Source: Candidatus Moraniibacteriota bacterium (GTDB lineage Bacteria; Patescibacteriota; Minisyncoccia; JAHIHE01; JAGLIN01). From it: a DNA stretch of 55,025 bases. Location of the stretch: NCBI GenBank assembly GCA_030641185.1, contig DAOWHY010000035.1, forward strand, positions 1 through 55,025, written 5' to 3'. The notes under the pieces are model-generated. The model worked only from the letters and a program-made list of their open reading frames with translations, did not search any database and was not told the origin of the DNA. Positions 32,969-42,706 of the stretch are shown in pieces (positions within the stretch are counted from its first letter, which is position 1; every line of letters starts with the position of its first letter). The translations under genes and the position numbers were made by a program.

Positions 32969-33169
32969 TGTCATCCTGAACTTGTTTCAGGATCTTTTAT
33001 CTATTACGCTAATTTATTAAATAATTCACTAGACATTTTGATTAAACTGAAAACATAATTAATGTATTTAAAAGATAATCGTGTTTGCGTCGTAGATGAA
33101 ATATAATTTTAAAATAGAATAGATTAAACCTAAAATAGAATAGATTCTGAAACAAGTTCAGAATGAAAG
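32969..33169. mobile_element. family B full-length MITE-like element, about 200 bp
   Basis: Ends TGTCATCCTGAACTTGTTTCAGGATC / GATTCTGAAACAAGTTCAGAATGA. Each end is itself a hairpin. A second full copy lies at 53722-53924. Confidence 0.85.
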
Positions 33170-33264
33170 AACTTTTTCTGAGCGTCAAGTAAAAATTTGG
33201 CAGTTTTTTTAAATATTTAAAATATGTTATAATAAAATCAATAAAAAGTAAGTTTATTAACCAA

Positions 33265-33624
33265 ATGATCTTAGAATATTTCATCAATTTGCCGATTAAA
33301 TTTGTGAAGGGAATAAATCAATTCTTTTATTTTTGGTATGTCCAAAGTTCCAAAGATTTTTGGCATCGAGAAATTGCTTTTATAAAAGGAGTTGAGAGAG
33401 ACATCGGCGTGATGATAAATTTAAAATTGATTACCCAGCCGATTTTTGGGGATTATACGTATGCAGGCAGAGTAATCGGTCCGATTTTCAGATTAAGCCG
33501 GGTTTTAATTGGTTTTGTAATTATGATCGCTTCAATATTTATTGTTATTTTGATTTATTTAATTTGGATAATTTTGCCGCCACTGGCGTTTTTGATGGTA
33601 ATATTAAATTTAGTTACTATTTGA
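33265..33624 (+). CDS. hypothetical membrane protein
   Basis: 119 aa with C-terminal TM helices (LIGFVIMIASIFIVILIYLIWIILPPLAFLMVIL). It ends 7 nt before the AAA+ gene. Confidence 0.45.
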   Translation: MILEYFINLPIKFVKGINQFFYFWYVQSSKDFWHREIAFIKGVERDIGVMINLKLITQPIFGDYTYAGRVIGPIFRLSRVLIGFVIMIASIFIVILIYLIWIILPPLAFLMVILNLVTI

Positions 33625-33631
33625 TATTAAG

Positions 33632-36451
33632 ATGCCAAAAAAAGAAAAGATCACAATAAAAATTATCGTTTGTCCGCATTGCAACGGGAATAAAATTACG
33701 GACGATAAAACTAAATGTTCTGACTGCCAAGGGCTGGGAGTTTTTTTAGTGGTTGGGAAAAAGGGAATATACTACTGGCGGGAAAAGCTTTCCGGATTTT
33801 CGCCGTTGACGAGACATCTTTATGAAATATTTCCAAAGACAGTTCGTTTAATTATCTTTGTTTTAGCGTTGTTTGCTTTTGTCCATGGCGCTTATTTTGT
33901 TTTTACAAACAATTCCGATTTTCTTTATTTTTTGAAGGAGGACATTGCTGAAGAAGAAGGACGAACAATTATGGGATTCTGGTTTGTAATAATCGCTAAG
34001 TTTATTTATCGCTGCCTTGAAGCGTTTTTTGTCTTAGTGGAAAAGAGAGGAATGGGACCGTTAATGTTTTGGCTGGCAACCTCTGGAGCTATTTATTTAT
34101 ATTGCTATTATAAATTAAAAGATGTCTCAAAAAAATCTATTGATTTGTCTCTTCCTGCGTTTGAAATTCTTTACAATAAAAAAGCGGCAGGTCCGAAAGA
34201 TCCAGTTAATGTTGCTGATTATATTTCTATTTCCGCGAAGAGCATTTTGCTGGCGGCTTTAGATATAGCGCATAGTCGAAAGCAATCTCCTTCGCCGTAT
34301 CATTTAGCAAAAGCTCTTCTTGAAAATTCAAAAACAAAGATCTTGTCTAAGCGGCTGGAGATTGATGTTAAACAATTTATGAAAAATATAGATGAGACAA
34401 TAGATAACCTGCCAAAAAATAGATATTATGAACAAGACGGATTTTTAGGCGGCACGATAATGAGTCCTGAATTGGAGAGAATGGCTGTTTTAGCATTTGA
34501 AGAAACTTTGATTGTCGGTTTAGATAAAATTGAACCGGAAAGTTTGTTCTTGGCATTATTCCAGGACGAAACACTGAATAAATATTTTAAAAATATAAAT
34601 GTGGAACTGGAAGACGCGAGGAATACTGTTCTTTGGGTAAAAAGCTGGTCAAGCGCGAGAGTGAGATTAAAGAGGCCGCGAAAAATTCAGCATACTGTGA
34701 TGAACAGGGCATGGACGGCAAGAGTAACTCCAGAGCTTGATCGATTTAGTTATGATTTAACCGATCACGCCAGATCTGGATTAACCGGTTACATTGTAAA
34801 CAGAAAAAAAGAAATTGATAATTTAATGAGAATATTGGAAAGAACCAGCCAGAATAACGCTCTTATTATTGGCGAAGAAGGAGTAGGTAAGACTGCCATA
34901 GTGAAAGCGCTGGCAAATAAAATGATCAAAGATCAAGTTCTGCCGACCTTGCAAGATAAAAGATTGGTTGTTTTGGATATCGGCGCCTTGGTTTCCGGCG
35001 CCAGGGCGGGTGGAGATTTGGAGTTGCGAATTAGAACATTATTGGAAGACATGGGTAAAAGCGGAAATATAATTTTATATATTCCGAATATTCACAATAT
35101 GGCGGCGGCGGGAAGCGGAGAGGGATTTGACGCTTCAAAAATTTTATCTCCAATTTTATCACAAGGATTATTCCAAGTAATTGGCTCAACAGATTATCGG
35201 AACTATCACCGTTATATTGAACCAAGATCAGATTTTGCCAATAATTTTGATCTTATTAGGGTAGAGGAATTAGACGAAAAAACAAGTATGGAAGTTTTAG
35301 CGGCGCAGGCAAAAATTATAGAATCCAGAGAAGGAATTATTATGACTTATGGGGCAATTAAAAAAGCGGTGGAACTTTCCAAAAGATATATAACTGATCG
35401 GCTTCTGCCCGGCAAGGCAATAGACCTTCTCAGTGAAACAGCGGTAGAAGTTCAACGAATGGGCGCGGGATCTGTTTTGCGGGACAAAGACGTAATGGAA
35501 GTGATTACGGAAAAAACGGGTATTCCTTTAGTAGATGTAACGGCAAAAGAAGCGGAGAAGCTTTTAAATTTGGAAGAAAATTTGCACCAAAGAGTTATTG
35601 GCCAACGCGAAGCGGTGAAAGCAATTTCGGCGGCAATTAGAAGAGTGCGAGTCGGAATGAAGCATAAGGACAGTCCGATTGGAACATTTTTATTTTTAGG
35701 CCCGACGGGAGTCGGAAAAACGGAACTTGCCAAGGCGTTGGCAGAAGCATATTATGGCGACGAGAACGCAATGATTAGACTGGATATGAGCGAGTATCAA
35801 ACAGTGGCTAGCATAGAAAAACTAATTGGTTCATCTGTCAATTTATCTGAATCTGGTTCTGGCGGCGTTTTGACAGAAGCTATAAAAAGAAAGCCATTTT
35901 CTCTTATTCTTCTTGACGAGCTTGAAAAAGCGAACAAAAATGTTCTAAATTTATTCTTGCAAGTCTTTGATGACGGGCGGCTCACGGATAATTTAGGCCG
36001 AACGGTTAATTTTACAAACACAATTATAATTGCCACTTCCAATGCCGGTTCGCAAGTAATTAGAAAAATAGTGGTTGACAAAAAGAGCAGTAATGCGAGA
36101 ATGATTCAGGTGCTTGAGCCGTATCTTCTCAAAAGTTTCGCGCCGGAATTTTTGAATCGTTTTACTGCTAAGATTATATTTAAGTCGCTTTCTCCAAAAG
36201 AAATAATTGCTATCGCGCGGCTTCAGATAAAGAATTTATCCAAAAGGTTAGATGAGGCGCAAAAGATTCAAATAAGTATTTCTGATAAAGCGCTTGAAAA
36301 ATTAGCCGATTTAGGATATAGTCCTGAGTATGGTGCGAGATTTTTACAAAGAACAATTCAGGAAAAGATTGAAAATATGATCGCGACGAAATTTTTGAAA
36401 GGGGAGATTAAAAGGGGAGATGTATTTGAGATCACAGAGAATGATATATAA
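33632..36451 (+). CDS. ClpB/ClpC-like double AAA+ ATPase with an N-terminal DnaJ-type zinc finger and TM segments
   Basis: CPHCNGNK..CSDCQGLG, then hydrophobic helices and Clp_N-like repeats. D1 Walker A is GEEGVGKT, but the Walker B position reads ILYIPNIH. D2 is intact (GPTGVGKTELAKALA, LILLDELEKA). Confidence 0.85.
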   Translation: MPKKEKITIKIIVCPHCNGNKITDDKTKCSDCQGLGVFLVVGKKGIYYWREKLSGFSPLTRHLYEIFPKTVRLIIFVLALFAFVHGAYFVFTNNSDFLYFLKEDIAEEEGRTIMGFWFVIIAKFIYRCLEAFFVLVEKRGMGPLMFWLATSGAIYLYCYYKLKDVSKKSIDLSLPAFEILYNKKAAGPKDPVNVADYISISAKSILLAALDIAHSRKQSPSPYHLAKALLENSKTKILSKRLEIDVKQFMKNIDETIDNLPKNRYYEQDGFLGGTIMSPELERMAVLAFEETLIVGLDKIEPESLFLALFQDETLNKYFKNINVELEDARNTVLWVKSWSSARVRLKRPRKIQHTVMNRAWTARVTPELDRFSYDLTDHARSGLTGYIVNRKKEIDNLMRILERTSQNNALIIGEEGVGKTAIVKALANKMIKDQVLPTLQDKRLVVLDIGALVSGARAGGDLELRIRTLLEDMGKSGNIILYIPNIHNMAAAGSGEGFDASKILSPILSQGLFQVIGSTDYRNYHRYIEPRSDFANNFDLIRVEELDEKTSMEVLAAQAKIIESREGIIMTYGAIKKAVELSKRYITDRLLPGKAIDLLSETAVEVQRMGAGSVLRDKDVMEVITEKTGIPLVDVTAKEAEKLLNLEENLHQRVIGQREAVKAISAAIRRVRVGMKHKDSPIGTFLFLGPTGVGKTELAKALAEAYYGDENAMIRLDMSEYQTVASIEKLIGSSVNLSESGSGGVLTEAIKRKPFSLILLDELEKANKNVLNLFLQVFDDGRLTDNLGRTVNFTNTIIIATSNAGSQVIRKIVVDKKSSNARMIQVLEPYLLKSFAPEFLNRFTAKIIFKSLSPKEIIAIARLQIKNLSKRLDEAQKIQISISDKALEKLADLGYSPEYGARFLQRTIQEKIENMIATKFLKGEIKRGDVFEITENDI

Positions 36452-36456
36452 TTATG

Positions 36457-36535
36457 GTATTCAGTATACAGTATTTAGTATTCGGTATTGAATGCTCAAT
36501 CGTATACTAAATACTGTATACTAAATACTAAATAC
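36457..36535. repeat. long palindrome (29-nt arms) after the AAA+ gene
   Basis: GTATTCAGTATACAGTATTTAGTATTCGG pairs with TCGTATACTAAATACTGTATACTAAATAC. Confidence 0.8.
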
Positions 36536-36725
36536 AATTTTATGCGTTTAAAAAAAGAAGGGGAAGGGGTTGTGGAAATTTTCTTAAATATTTTTATGCC
36601 AATCTGGCTGCCGATTAAGGCTATTTCTATGATGATTAAGGAGATGAGGGAGGAGAAGAGAAAGAGGAGAGAGACGGAAGAGAAATAGAGTTTTTAATTT
36701 TAATCAATTTAAATCTTAGCAAAAA

Positions 36726-37760
36726 ATGAAAGATAAGTATGATGTGATTATTGTCGGCGCTGGTCCAGCGGGATTGAGTTGCGCGGAAGTTTTGGCTAAG
36801 AATGGCAAGTCTGTTTTGGTTTTGGAGAAAAATAAAAAAATTGGTCCTAAAGTTTGCGCTGGGGGATTGACGGCAAGAGTAGAGAAGGAAAGATTTTTAT
36901 CTCTACAAGATGTTGATAAAACTTTCAATTCTTTTAAGCTCCATTTTCTAAAAACATGTAAAACACTTACTGATTCTAATCCTCTTGTCGCAACTATTGA
37001 TCGTAAAAAGTTGGGAGAAATAATGTTAGAAAAAGCGCTTAAAAAAGGAGCGGAAATAAAAACAGAAATAAAAGTAAAAGAGATTAAAGAAAATTCAATA
37101 ATTATTAATGGACAAGAAATAAAATTTGATTATTTAATCGGCGCGGATGGAAGCAATTCAACAGTGAGAAGATTTTTAGGAATAAAAACTAAAAAAATAC
37201 TTGTTACTTTGCAATATATTATTTCTCAAGATATTCAGAAATTTAAAGAAATGGAATATTTCTTTAATTCAAAAATATTGAATGGCTATTTTTGGATTTT
37301 TCCTCATAAAAATTTTACAGCTGTTGGATGTGGTTATTGTCCAAAAAATACTTGGCAAGATGTGCGTATTAAAGAATGTTTTGAAAAATGGTTGATAAAA
37401 CATAGAATTAAGACGGAGAAATTAGAACTAAGAAGTTTTCCAATTCAATTTGATTATCAGGGCTATCAATTCGGCAATAAATTTTTGATCGGCGATGCAG
37501 GAGGATTTGTTTCGGGGGCAACAGGAGAGGGAATTTATTTCGCGATGGTTTCTGGAAAAGAAGTGGCTAAAAAGATTATTAATCCGCAATACGACTGTCC
37601 TGAGATTTCTAAGATTTTAAAAATAAAAAGAAGACACGAATATTCTTTTAGAAAAATTAATTTTTTAAATAATATTTTTCCGAATCTCGGATTTAATATA
37701 TTAGCTTTTCTTTTAAATTTTAGATGGTTCAAGAAAATCTTCATTAAGATTTTTATTTAA
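36726..37760 (+). CDS. FAD-dependent oxidoreductase of the geranylgeranyl reductase family
   Basis: YDVIIVGAGPAGLSCAEVLAKNGKSVLVLEK....GPKVCAGGL, GADGSNS, GDAGGFVSGATGEGIYFAM. Confidence 0.8.
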   Translation: MKDKYDVIIVGAGPAGLSCAEVLAKNGKSVLVLEKNKKIGPKVCAGGLTARVEKERFLSLQDVDKTFNSFKLHFLKTCKTLTDSNPLVATIDRKKLGEIMLEKALKKGAEIKTEIKVKEIKENSIIINGQEIKFDYLIGADGSNSTVRRFLGIKTKKILVTLQYIISQDIQKFKEMEYFFNSKILNGYFWIFPHKNFTAVGCGYCPKNTWQDVRIKECFEKWLIKHRIKTEKLELRSFPIQFDYQGYQFGNKFLIGDAGGFVSGATGEGIYFAMVSGKEVAKKIINPQYDCPEISKILKIKRRHEYSFRKINFLNNIFPNLGFNILAFLLNFRWFKKIFIKIFI

Positions 37761-37791
37761 ATTTAATTAACTTAACAAACTAACAAAAACT

Positions 37792-38493
37792 ATGGGTAGA
37801 AAAAAATTATTAAAACTACAGAGAAAAGAGGAAAAAAAACTTGAAGTGATTAATAAAAAAGAAAGCAAGAGGAAAACGGTAATTAGAATTGTTTTTTTGG
37901 TGTTGCTTATTTTTGTGGTTTATCAATTAAATATTGCTATGAATAAAAATTCTGAAAATAATAATGTGAGCGTGAATGATGTTGTTGACGAAAATAATAA
38001 TGAGGACAATAAAAATAACGGCGAGAACAATGCGGACAATGTTGATTTACGAATTGCTGTTATTGAAACAAATAAAGGAAATATAAAATTAGAATTATTT
38101 ACAAATGACGCGCCGAAGACGGTGGAGAATTTTGTGAAGTTGGCAAGCGAGAATTTTTATGATGAAACAAAATTCCACAGAGTAATTTCAGATTTTATGA
38201 TTCAAACAGGGGACCCGCTTAGCAAAGATGATGATCCATCTAATGACGGTACGGGCGGGCCGGGATATTCTTTTGAAGATGAAATAAATTCTCATAAAGT
38301 TGAAGTCGGCTCTTTAGCGATGGCAAATTCCGGACCGAACACGAACGGCAGTCAATTTTTTATTGTTACCGAAAGAGCGCAACCGCATCTTGATGGCAAG
38401 CATACCGTTTTTGGAAAAGTGCTTGAAGGGATGGAAGTGGTGAGAAGTATTGAACAGGGGGATGTGATGGAGAGGGTTTATATTGCTGAGTAA
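37792..38493 (+). CDS. membrane-anchored cyclophilin-type peptidyl-prolyl isomerase
   Basis: TM helix [16 protein letters not shown], an Asn-rich linker, then the cyclophilin core: [47 protein letters not shown]. Confidence 0.9.
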   Translation: MGRKKLLKLQRKEEKKLEVINKKESKRKTVIRIVFLVLLIFVVYQLNIAMNKNSENNNVSVNDVVDENNNEDNKNNGENNADNVDLRIAVIETNKGNIKLELFTNDAPKTVENFVKLASENFYDETKFHRVISDFMIQTGDPLSKDDDPSNDGTGGPGYSFEDEINSHKVEVGSLAMANSGPNTNGSQFFIVTERAQPHLDGKHTVFGKVLEGMEVVRSIEQGDVMERVYIAE

Positions 38494-38500
38494 AAAAATC

Positions 38501-38605
38501 TGTCATTGCGAGGAGTCCCGCAGGACGACGAAGCAATCCCGTGACTAAATTCCTCGTGTGTAGTCACGGGATTGCTTCGGTCGCTGCGGCTCCCTCGCAA
38601 TGACA
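38501..38605. mobile_element. family A element, short full copy of 105 bp
   Basis: TGTCATTGCGAGGAG...GACGAAGCAATCCCGTGAC ... GTCACGGGATTGCTTCGG...CCTCGCAATGACA. Confidence 0.88.
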
Positions 38606-38621
38606 AATAATTAATATAATT

Positions 38622-39758
38622 ATGCCAGATAAAAACTATATTTACGCGGTTTCAACTTTTGTTGGTACCGCGATTGGCGTTGGAATTTTCAGCTTGCCTT
38701 TCGTAGCTTCTAAATCAGGCTTTTCTTTTTTTGCCGTTCTCCTCGTTTTATTAGGATTTATTATGATTGTTCTAAATTTAATGTATGGAGAAATTACCTT
38801 GAGAACTAAAAATAAAGGTCGCTTAGTCGGCTATTGCGGGAAATATTTAGGAAAAAACGGAAAAAGATTCGCGACATTTACTACTCTTTTCTCTCTATAC
38901 TCCAGCACGCTGGCTTATATAATAATTGGCGGTGTCTTTTTAAACGCTTTATTCTCCGGTTATTTTGGTGGCAGTGAATTTGCTTACAGTATTATAATAT
39001 TTTCTGTCATTTCAATAGGAATATACGTTAGCTTGAAAATGGTCAGTATTATAGAATTATTAATGGTCATTTTTCTTTTTGTCGCTATGTTTGGAATCAT
39101 CATAAAAGGCAGCGTTCTTGTTGATTCTAACAATTTATTAACTTCTAATTTTTCGCAAGCTTTTTTTCCTTTTGGCGCTATCCTTTTTTCTTTAAGCGCT
39201 TTGTCGGCTATTCCGGAGCTGGAACATATTATTAAAAGAAAGAAAGAAAGAATTAAGGGCGTTATAATTTGGGGAGGCATAACTACAATAATCGTCTTTT
39301 TATTATTTGTTGCGGTAGTGCTTGGTGTTACCGGAGTTAATACTTCGGAAGACGCTTTGTCGGGAATTAACGCGGTTATGGGAAACGGCATTGTTACTAT
39401 TGGTTTAATCTTTGGAGTTTTTGCCATCGCCACTTCATTTCTAATGATCGGAATCAATTTAAAAGAAATATTCTGGTATGATTATCATCTGAGCGAAAAG
39501 AAGGCCTGGTTGCTTACCTGTTTCGTGCCGTTTATTATTTTTCTTTTAGGTTTGCGTGATTTTATAACTGTGGTAAGTATCGCGGGCGGTATCGCGGGCG
39601 GTTTTGTTGGTATTCTTATCATAGTTTCATTTTATCGGGCTAAAAAAATGGGGGACATGCAACCTGCCTATGAAATAAAAGTTCCCAAAATATTTTCCGC
39701 CTTAATGATTTTTATTTTCCTTTTAGGAATTGTGTATCAATTTGTTTACGGATTTTAA
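38622..39758 (+). CDS. amino-acid permease-like transporter, about 11 TM helices
   Basis: 378 aa, polytopic. N-terminus AVSTFVGTAIGVGIFSLPFV resembles aromatic/amino-acid transporter families. Substrate unknown. Confidence 0.65.
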   Translation: MPDKNYIYAVSTFVGTAIGVGIFSLPFVASKSGFSFFAVLLVLLGFIMIVLNLMYGEITLRTKNKGRLVGYCGKYLGKNGKRFATFTTLFSLYSSTLAYIIIGGVFLNALFSGYFGGSEFAYSIIIFSVISIGIYVSLKMVSIIELLMVIFLFVAMFGIIIKGSVLVDSNNLLTSNFSQAFFPFGAILFSLSALSAIPELEHIIKRKKERIKGVIIWGGITTIIVFLLFVAVVLGVTGVNTSEDALSGINAVMGNGIVTIGLIFGVFAIATSFLMIGINLKEIFWYDYHLSEKKAWLLTCFVPFIIFLLGLRDFITVVSIAGGIAGGFVGILIIVSFYRAKKMGDMQPAYEIKVPKIFSALMIFIFLLGIVYQFVYGF

Positions 39759-39768
39759 TATTTTAAAA

Positions 39769-40149
39769 ATGCAGAAAAAAGCAAAAACAATAATTAAACT
39801 TTGGCTTCCAGTTTTTGTCTGGTGCGTTGTTATTTACTACCTTTCTTCAATCCCAAGCTTAAAATCTGACCTGCCTAATCAATGGGATTTTGTTTTGAGA
39901 AAAATCGCGCATATGGCGGAATATGGAATTTTGACTGTTTTTCTTTTTAGGGCGTATTTTAAAAGCAATGGACTTACAATAAAAAAATCCATTTCTTTCG
40001 CAATAGTATTTGCCCTAACTTACGCTTTTACCGATGAATATCACCAGCTCTTTGTCTTTGGCAGACAAGGTAGTTTAAATGATGTATTTATTGATAGTTT
40101 AGGCGTGTTTTTTGCGGCGTTTTTGATTTACAAAAAGATAAAAAAATGA
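39769..40149 (+). CDS. VanZ-family membrane protein
   Basis: KIAHMAEYGILT, TDEYHQLFVFGRQGSLNDVFIDSLG. Start set at the ATG giving MQKKAKT. Confidence 0.8.
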   Translation: MQKKAKTIIKLWLPVFVWCVVIYYLSSIPSLKSDLPNQWDFVLRKIAHMAEYGILTVFLFRAYFKSNGLTIKKSISFAIVFALTYAFTDEYHQLFVFGRQGSLNDVFIDSLGVFFAAFLIYKKIKK

Positions 40150-40165
40150 TAGAATACTAATATTA

Positions 40166-40248
40166 AAATTGTTATATTGCTCTATTGTTAAATTGTTATG
40201 CATAGCACGATTATTTAACAATTTAACAATTTAACAATTTAACAATTT
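40166..40248. repeat. family G inverted repeat
   Basis: AAATTGTTATATTGCTCTATTGTTAAATTGTTATGCATAGC ... (TAACAATT)n. It fills the VanZ-mraY spacer. Confidence 0.75.
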
Positions 40249-40253
40249 AATTC

Positions 40254-41321
40254 ATGATCTCTTTTGAAAATCCTTTATTAGTAATTGAAGTAAGCAGAGT
40301 GTTTGTAATTTTGGCGATATCATTTATTGCCGCAATGTTAGCGACGCCGTTGCTTACTCATTTTTTATATAAATATAAAATCGGCAAGCAGATTAGGGAC
40401 GACGGAAGCAGTCCTGTTTTTAGCGCGCTTCATAGGAAAAAAGCTGGAACGCCGACAATGGGAGGGCTTTTAATTTGGATTATTGTTCCAATTTTGGCGA
40501 TTATGTTTTGGTTATTTTCTTCCATAAGCGATAATCCTGCTATAAACAGCATGAATTTTCTTGATCGCGCTCATACTTACCTGCCTTTGGGAATTTTAGT
40601 TTTAGCCGGGTTAGTTGGAGCGGTTGATGATATTATGGGCGTGTTTAAAATCGGTCCAAAGGGAGGAGGTCTTGGAATTAAAGAAAGAATATTACTTTAT
40701 ACTTTTGTGGCGGTAATAGGAGCCTATTGGTTTTATTTTAAACTTGGTTGGGACATGATTCATATTCCAGCAATTGGAGATTTTGCGATAGGTTTCTGGT
40801 ATTTTCCGCTTTTTATTTTTGTAATTGTGGCCACTTCATTCTCTCTCAATGAAACAGATGGATTAGATGGGTTGGCAGGAGGAGTTACTTTGCCGGCTTT
40901 TGGAGTTTTTGGCGCGATCGCTTTCGCGCAAGGGAATGTGGAACTTGCGATGTTTTGCGCTGCGATAATTGGAACTCTGCTTGCTTTTCTATGGTTTAAT
41001 GTTCATCCGGCAAGATTTTATATGGGCGATACGGGTTCAATGGCGCTTGGCGTGACTTTGGGCGTGGTTGCGATGCTGACGAACTCGTTTTTAATCTTGC
41101 CTTTCGTTTGTTTTATTTTAGTTGTTGAATCGTTATCAGTTATTATCCAGTTAACCTCAAAAAAATTCCGCCACAAAAAAGTTTTCCGAAGCGCGCCGAT
41201 CCATCATCACTTCGAAGCTCTTGGCTGGCCGGAATGTAAAGTGACAATGAGGTTTTGGATCATCGCCTGGGTAATGGCGGCGATTGGGCTGGTGGTGGGG
41301 TTGATGGGGATGGGGAATTGA
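40254..41321 (+). CDS. mraY: phospho-N-acetylmuramoyl-pentapeptide transferase
   Basis: KAGTPTMGGLL, NETDGLDGLAGG, PARFYMGDTGSMALG, RSAPIHHHFEALGW. Confidence 0.95.
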   Translation: MISFENPLLVIEVSRVFVILAISFIAAMLATPLLTHFLYKYKIGKQIRDDGSSPVFSALHRKKAGTPTMGGLLIWIIVPILAIMFWLFSSISDNPAINSMNFLDRAHTYLPLGILVLAGLVGAVDDIMGVFKIGPKGGGLGIKERILLYTFVAVIGAYWFYFKLGWDMIHIPAIGDFAIGFWYFPLFIFVIVATSFSLNETDGLDGLAGGVTLPAFGVFGAIAFAQGNVELAMFCAAIIGTLLAFLWFNVHPARFYMGDTGSMALGVTLGVVAMLTNSFLILPFVCFILVVESLSVIIQLTSKKFRHKKVFRSAPIHHHFEALGWPECKVTMRFWIIAWVMAAIGLVVGLMGMGN

Positions 41322-41370
41322 ATTAAATTGTTATATTGCTAAATTGTTACATTGTTATAGAATTTACGTG

Positions 41371-41471
41371 TTTGGAGTGTCAAACGCAGCCGCAGCGAAG
41401 TTTGACTTGAAGTATCAGTTAATTTCCGCTTTCAGGTAGAGCTTCGTTGTGGCTCCACCCTACGCTCCAAA
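41371..41471. mobile_element. family K element (TTTGGAGTGTCAAACGCAGCCGCAGCGAAGTTTGAC ... ACGCTCCAAA)
   Basis: A second, longer copy lies at 48120-48300. It is preceded by a family G half-copy at 41325-41358. Confidence 0.75.
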
Positions 41472-41516
41472 ATGTGATAATACCTAAATTATTTTTAAAA
41501 AATTAAAAATAAAAAA

Positions 41517-42662
41517 ATGAAAAAAGAATCTTTGTCAACATCAATGTCAAAATTAATTTTAACGATCGTTTTGATTATTTGTATTGGGACAACATTTGGA
41601 CTGATGGGATATTATTCAACAAAGACACCAACAAAAACTAAAATTCCAGAAAATAAAATAGCGTGGGCGATGTATAACTCAGTTGATAAAAGTTTGTTTG
41701 ATTGGGAAAATTATAATATTAAATATCCCAGTGATTGGAATTATACAGAAGAAAGAATTTCTTCATCAAGAAAAACTGGCACTTTAATGACTATTTTTAC
41801 AGATAGCAAACGGTTTAATAAATTATTAATAATCACTGGTGGTAAAAGATTAGACAATATGACAAATCAAAATATGTCAGAAATTAAATTTTCTAATAAT
41901 GTTTTTTACAAGTACAATAATATAGAAACTGAACAAGTATATTATATTTATAAAACTGGCTTAGATGAAGAAATTAATTTTGGAATGGAAACAGAAATAT
42001 TTTTTAAATTCAATAATACTGATGAGAATATAATAAAAGAGATACTAGGAAGTTTTAGTTTAAATTTGTCTGTAGAGTTGATATCGACGGAAATAGAAAT
42101 AATAAACGACACTTCCGACTGGCAGACTTATCGGAATGAGGAGTTTGAGTTTGAGTTTGAATATCCTTCGAAATTTGGAGAAGTTATTTTTGAAATAAAT
42201 CCAGAAATAGCTCTTGTAAAAGAAGGAGAAAAAAGAGGAATGAAAATGGAAGGATATTTTTCTAATAAATCAGGTATAATTTTTGGTGGAAAGACGGCTA
42301 ATTATGACGATGTTTCTAGAGAAATTACTAAAATTGATTTTAAAGGATATACTAAAAACAACGAGGGATATTTTTTTGGTTTTAATCCTTATCAAAATGA
42401 ATTATATGGAAAAATGACGCCAAAGAAAATTATAAACGATAATATTTTATTAGTAAATTGCAAAAGTTTTGCGGAACGATGTTTTATTATTGATACATAT
42501 ATGTCGAGAACAGTGGATGAAGACCTAAAACATTCAATGGCGGGCTTAATAAATTTAAAGAAGGGTGAATTTAGTGGTTTGATGATGTTAGCAAATGATA
42601 AATATATAAGAGAAGACGAATTTATTAAAATCCTTTCCACTTTCAAATTTATAGAAAACTAA
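41517..42662 (+). CDS. hypothetical secreted/anchored protein, paralog 1 of a cassette pair
   Basis: N-terminus MKKESLSTSMSKLILTIVLIICIGTTFG. It has the W.TY.NEEFEFEFEYP motif and ends STFKFIEN. It shares 5' and 3' ends with 42792-44456. Confidence 0.6.
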   Translation: MKKESLSTSMSKLILTIVLIICIGTTFGLMGYYSTKTPTKTKIPENKIAWAMYNSVDKSLFDWENYNIKYPSDWNYTEERISSSRKTGTLMTIFTDSKRFNKLLIITGGKRLDNMTNQNMSEIKFSNNVFYKYNNIETEQVYYIYKTGLDEEINFGMETEIFFKFNNTDENIIKEILGSFSLNLSVELISTEIEIINDTSDWQTYRNEEFEFEFEYPSKFGEVIFEINPEIALVKEGEKRGMKMEGYFSNKSGIIFGGKTANYDDVSREITKIDFKGYTKNNEGYFFGFNPYQNELYGKMTPKKIINDNILLVNCKSFAERCFIIDTYMSRTVDEDLKHSMAGLINLKKGEFSGLMMLANDKYIREDEFIKILSTFKFIEN

Positions 42663-42704
42663 AAAACACAAAAATAAATATTAATAATCCAAATATTATG
42701 TTAG
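42661..42704 (+). repeat. 44-nt direct duplicate of the sequence preceding and starting the D-aminoacylase gene
   Basis: AAAAAACACAAAAATAAATATTAATAATCCAAATATTATGTTAG versus 44455-44498, with one mismatch. It includes ATGTTAG, the start of the downstream CDS. Confidence 0.9.
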
Positions 42705-42706
42705 TT

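Noticed and set aside
36488-36688. ORF 36488-36688, or its internal ATG version starting MRLKKEGEG
   Set aside because: The 5' part is the right arm of the 36457-36535 palindrome. The remainder is a short hydrophobic segment plus an R/E/K low-complexity tail. It may be a small membrane protein, but the evidence is too weak to list it as a feature.
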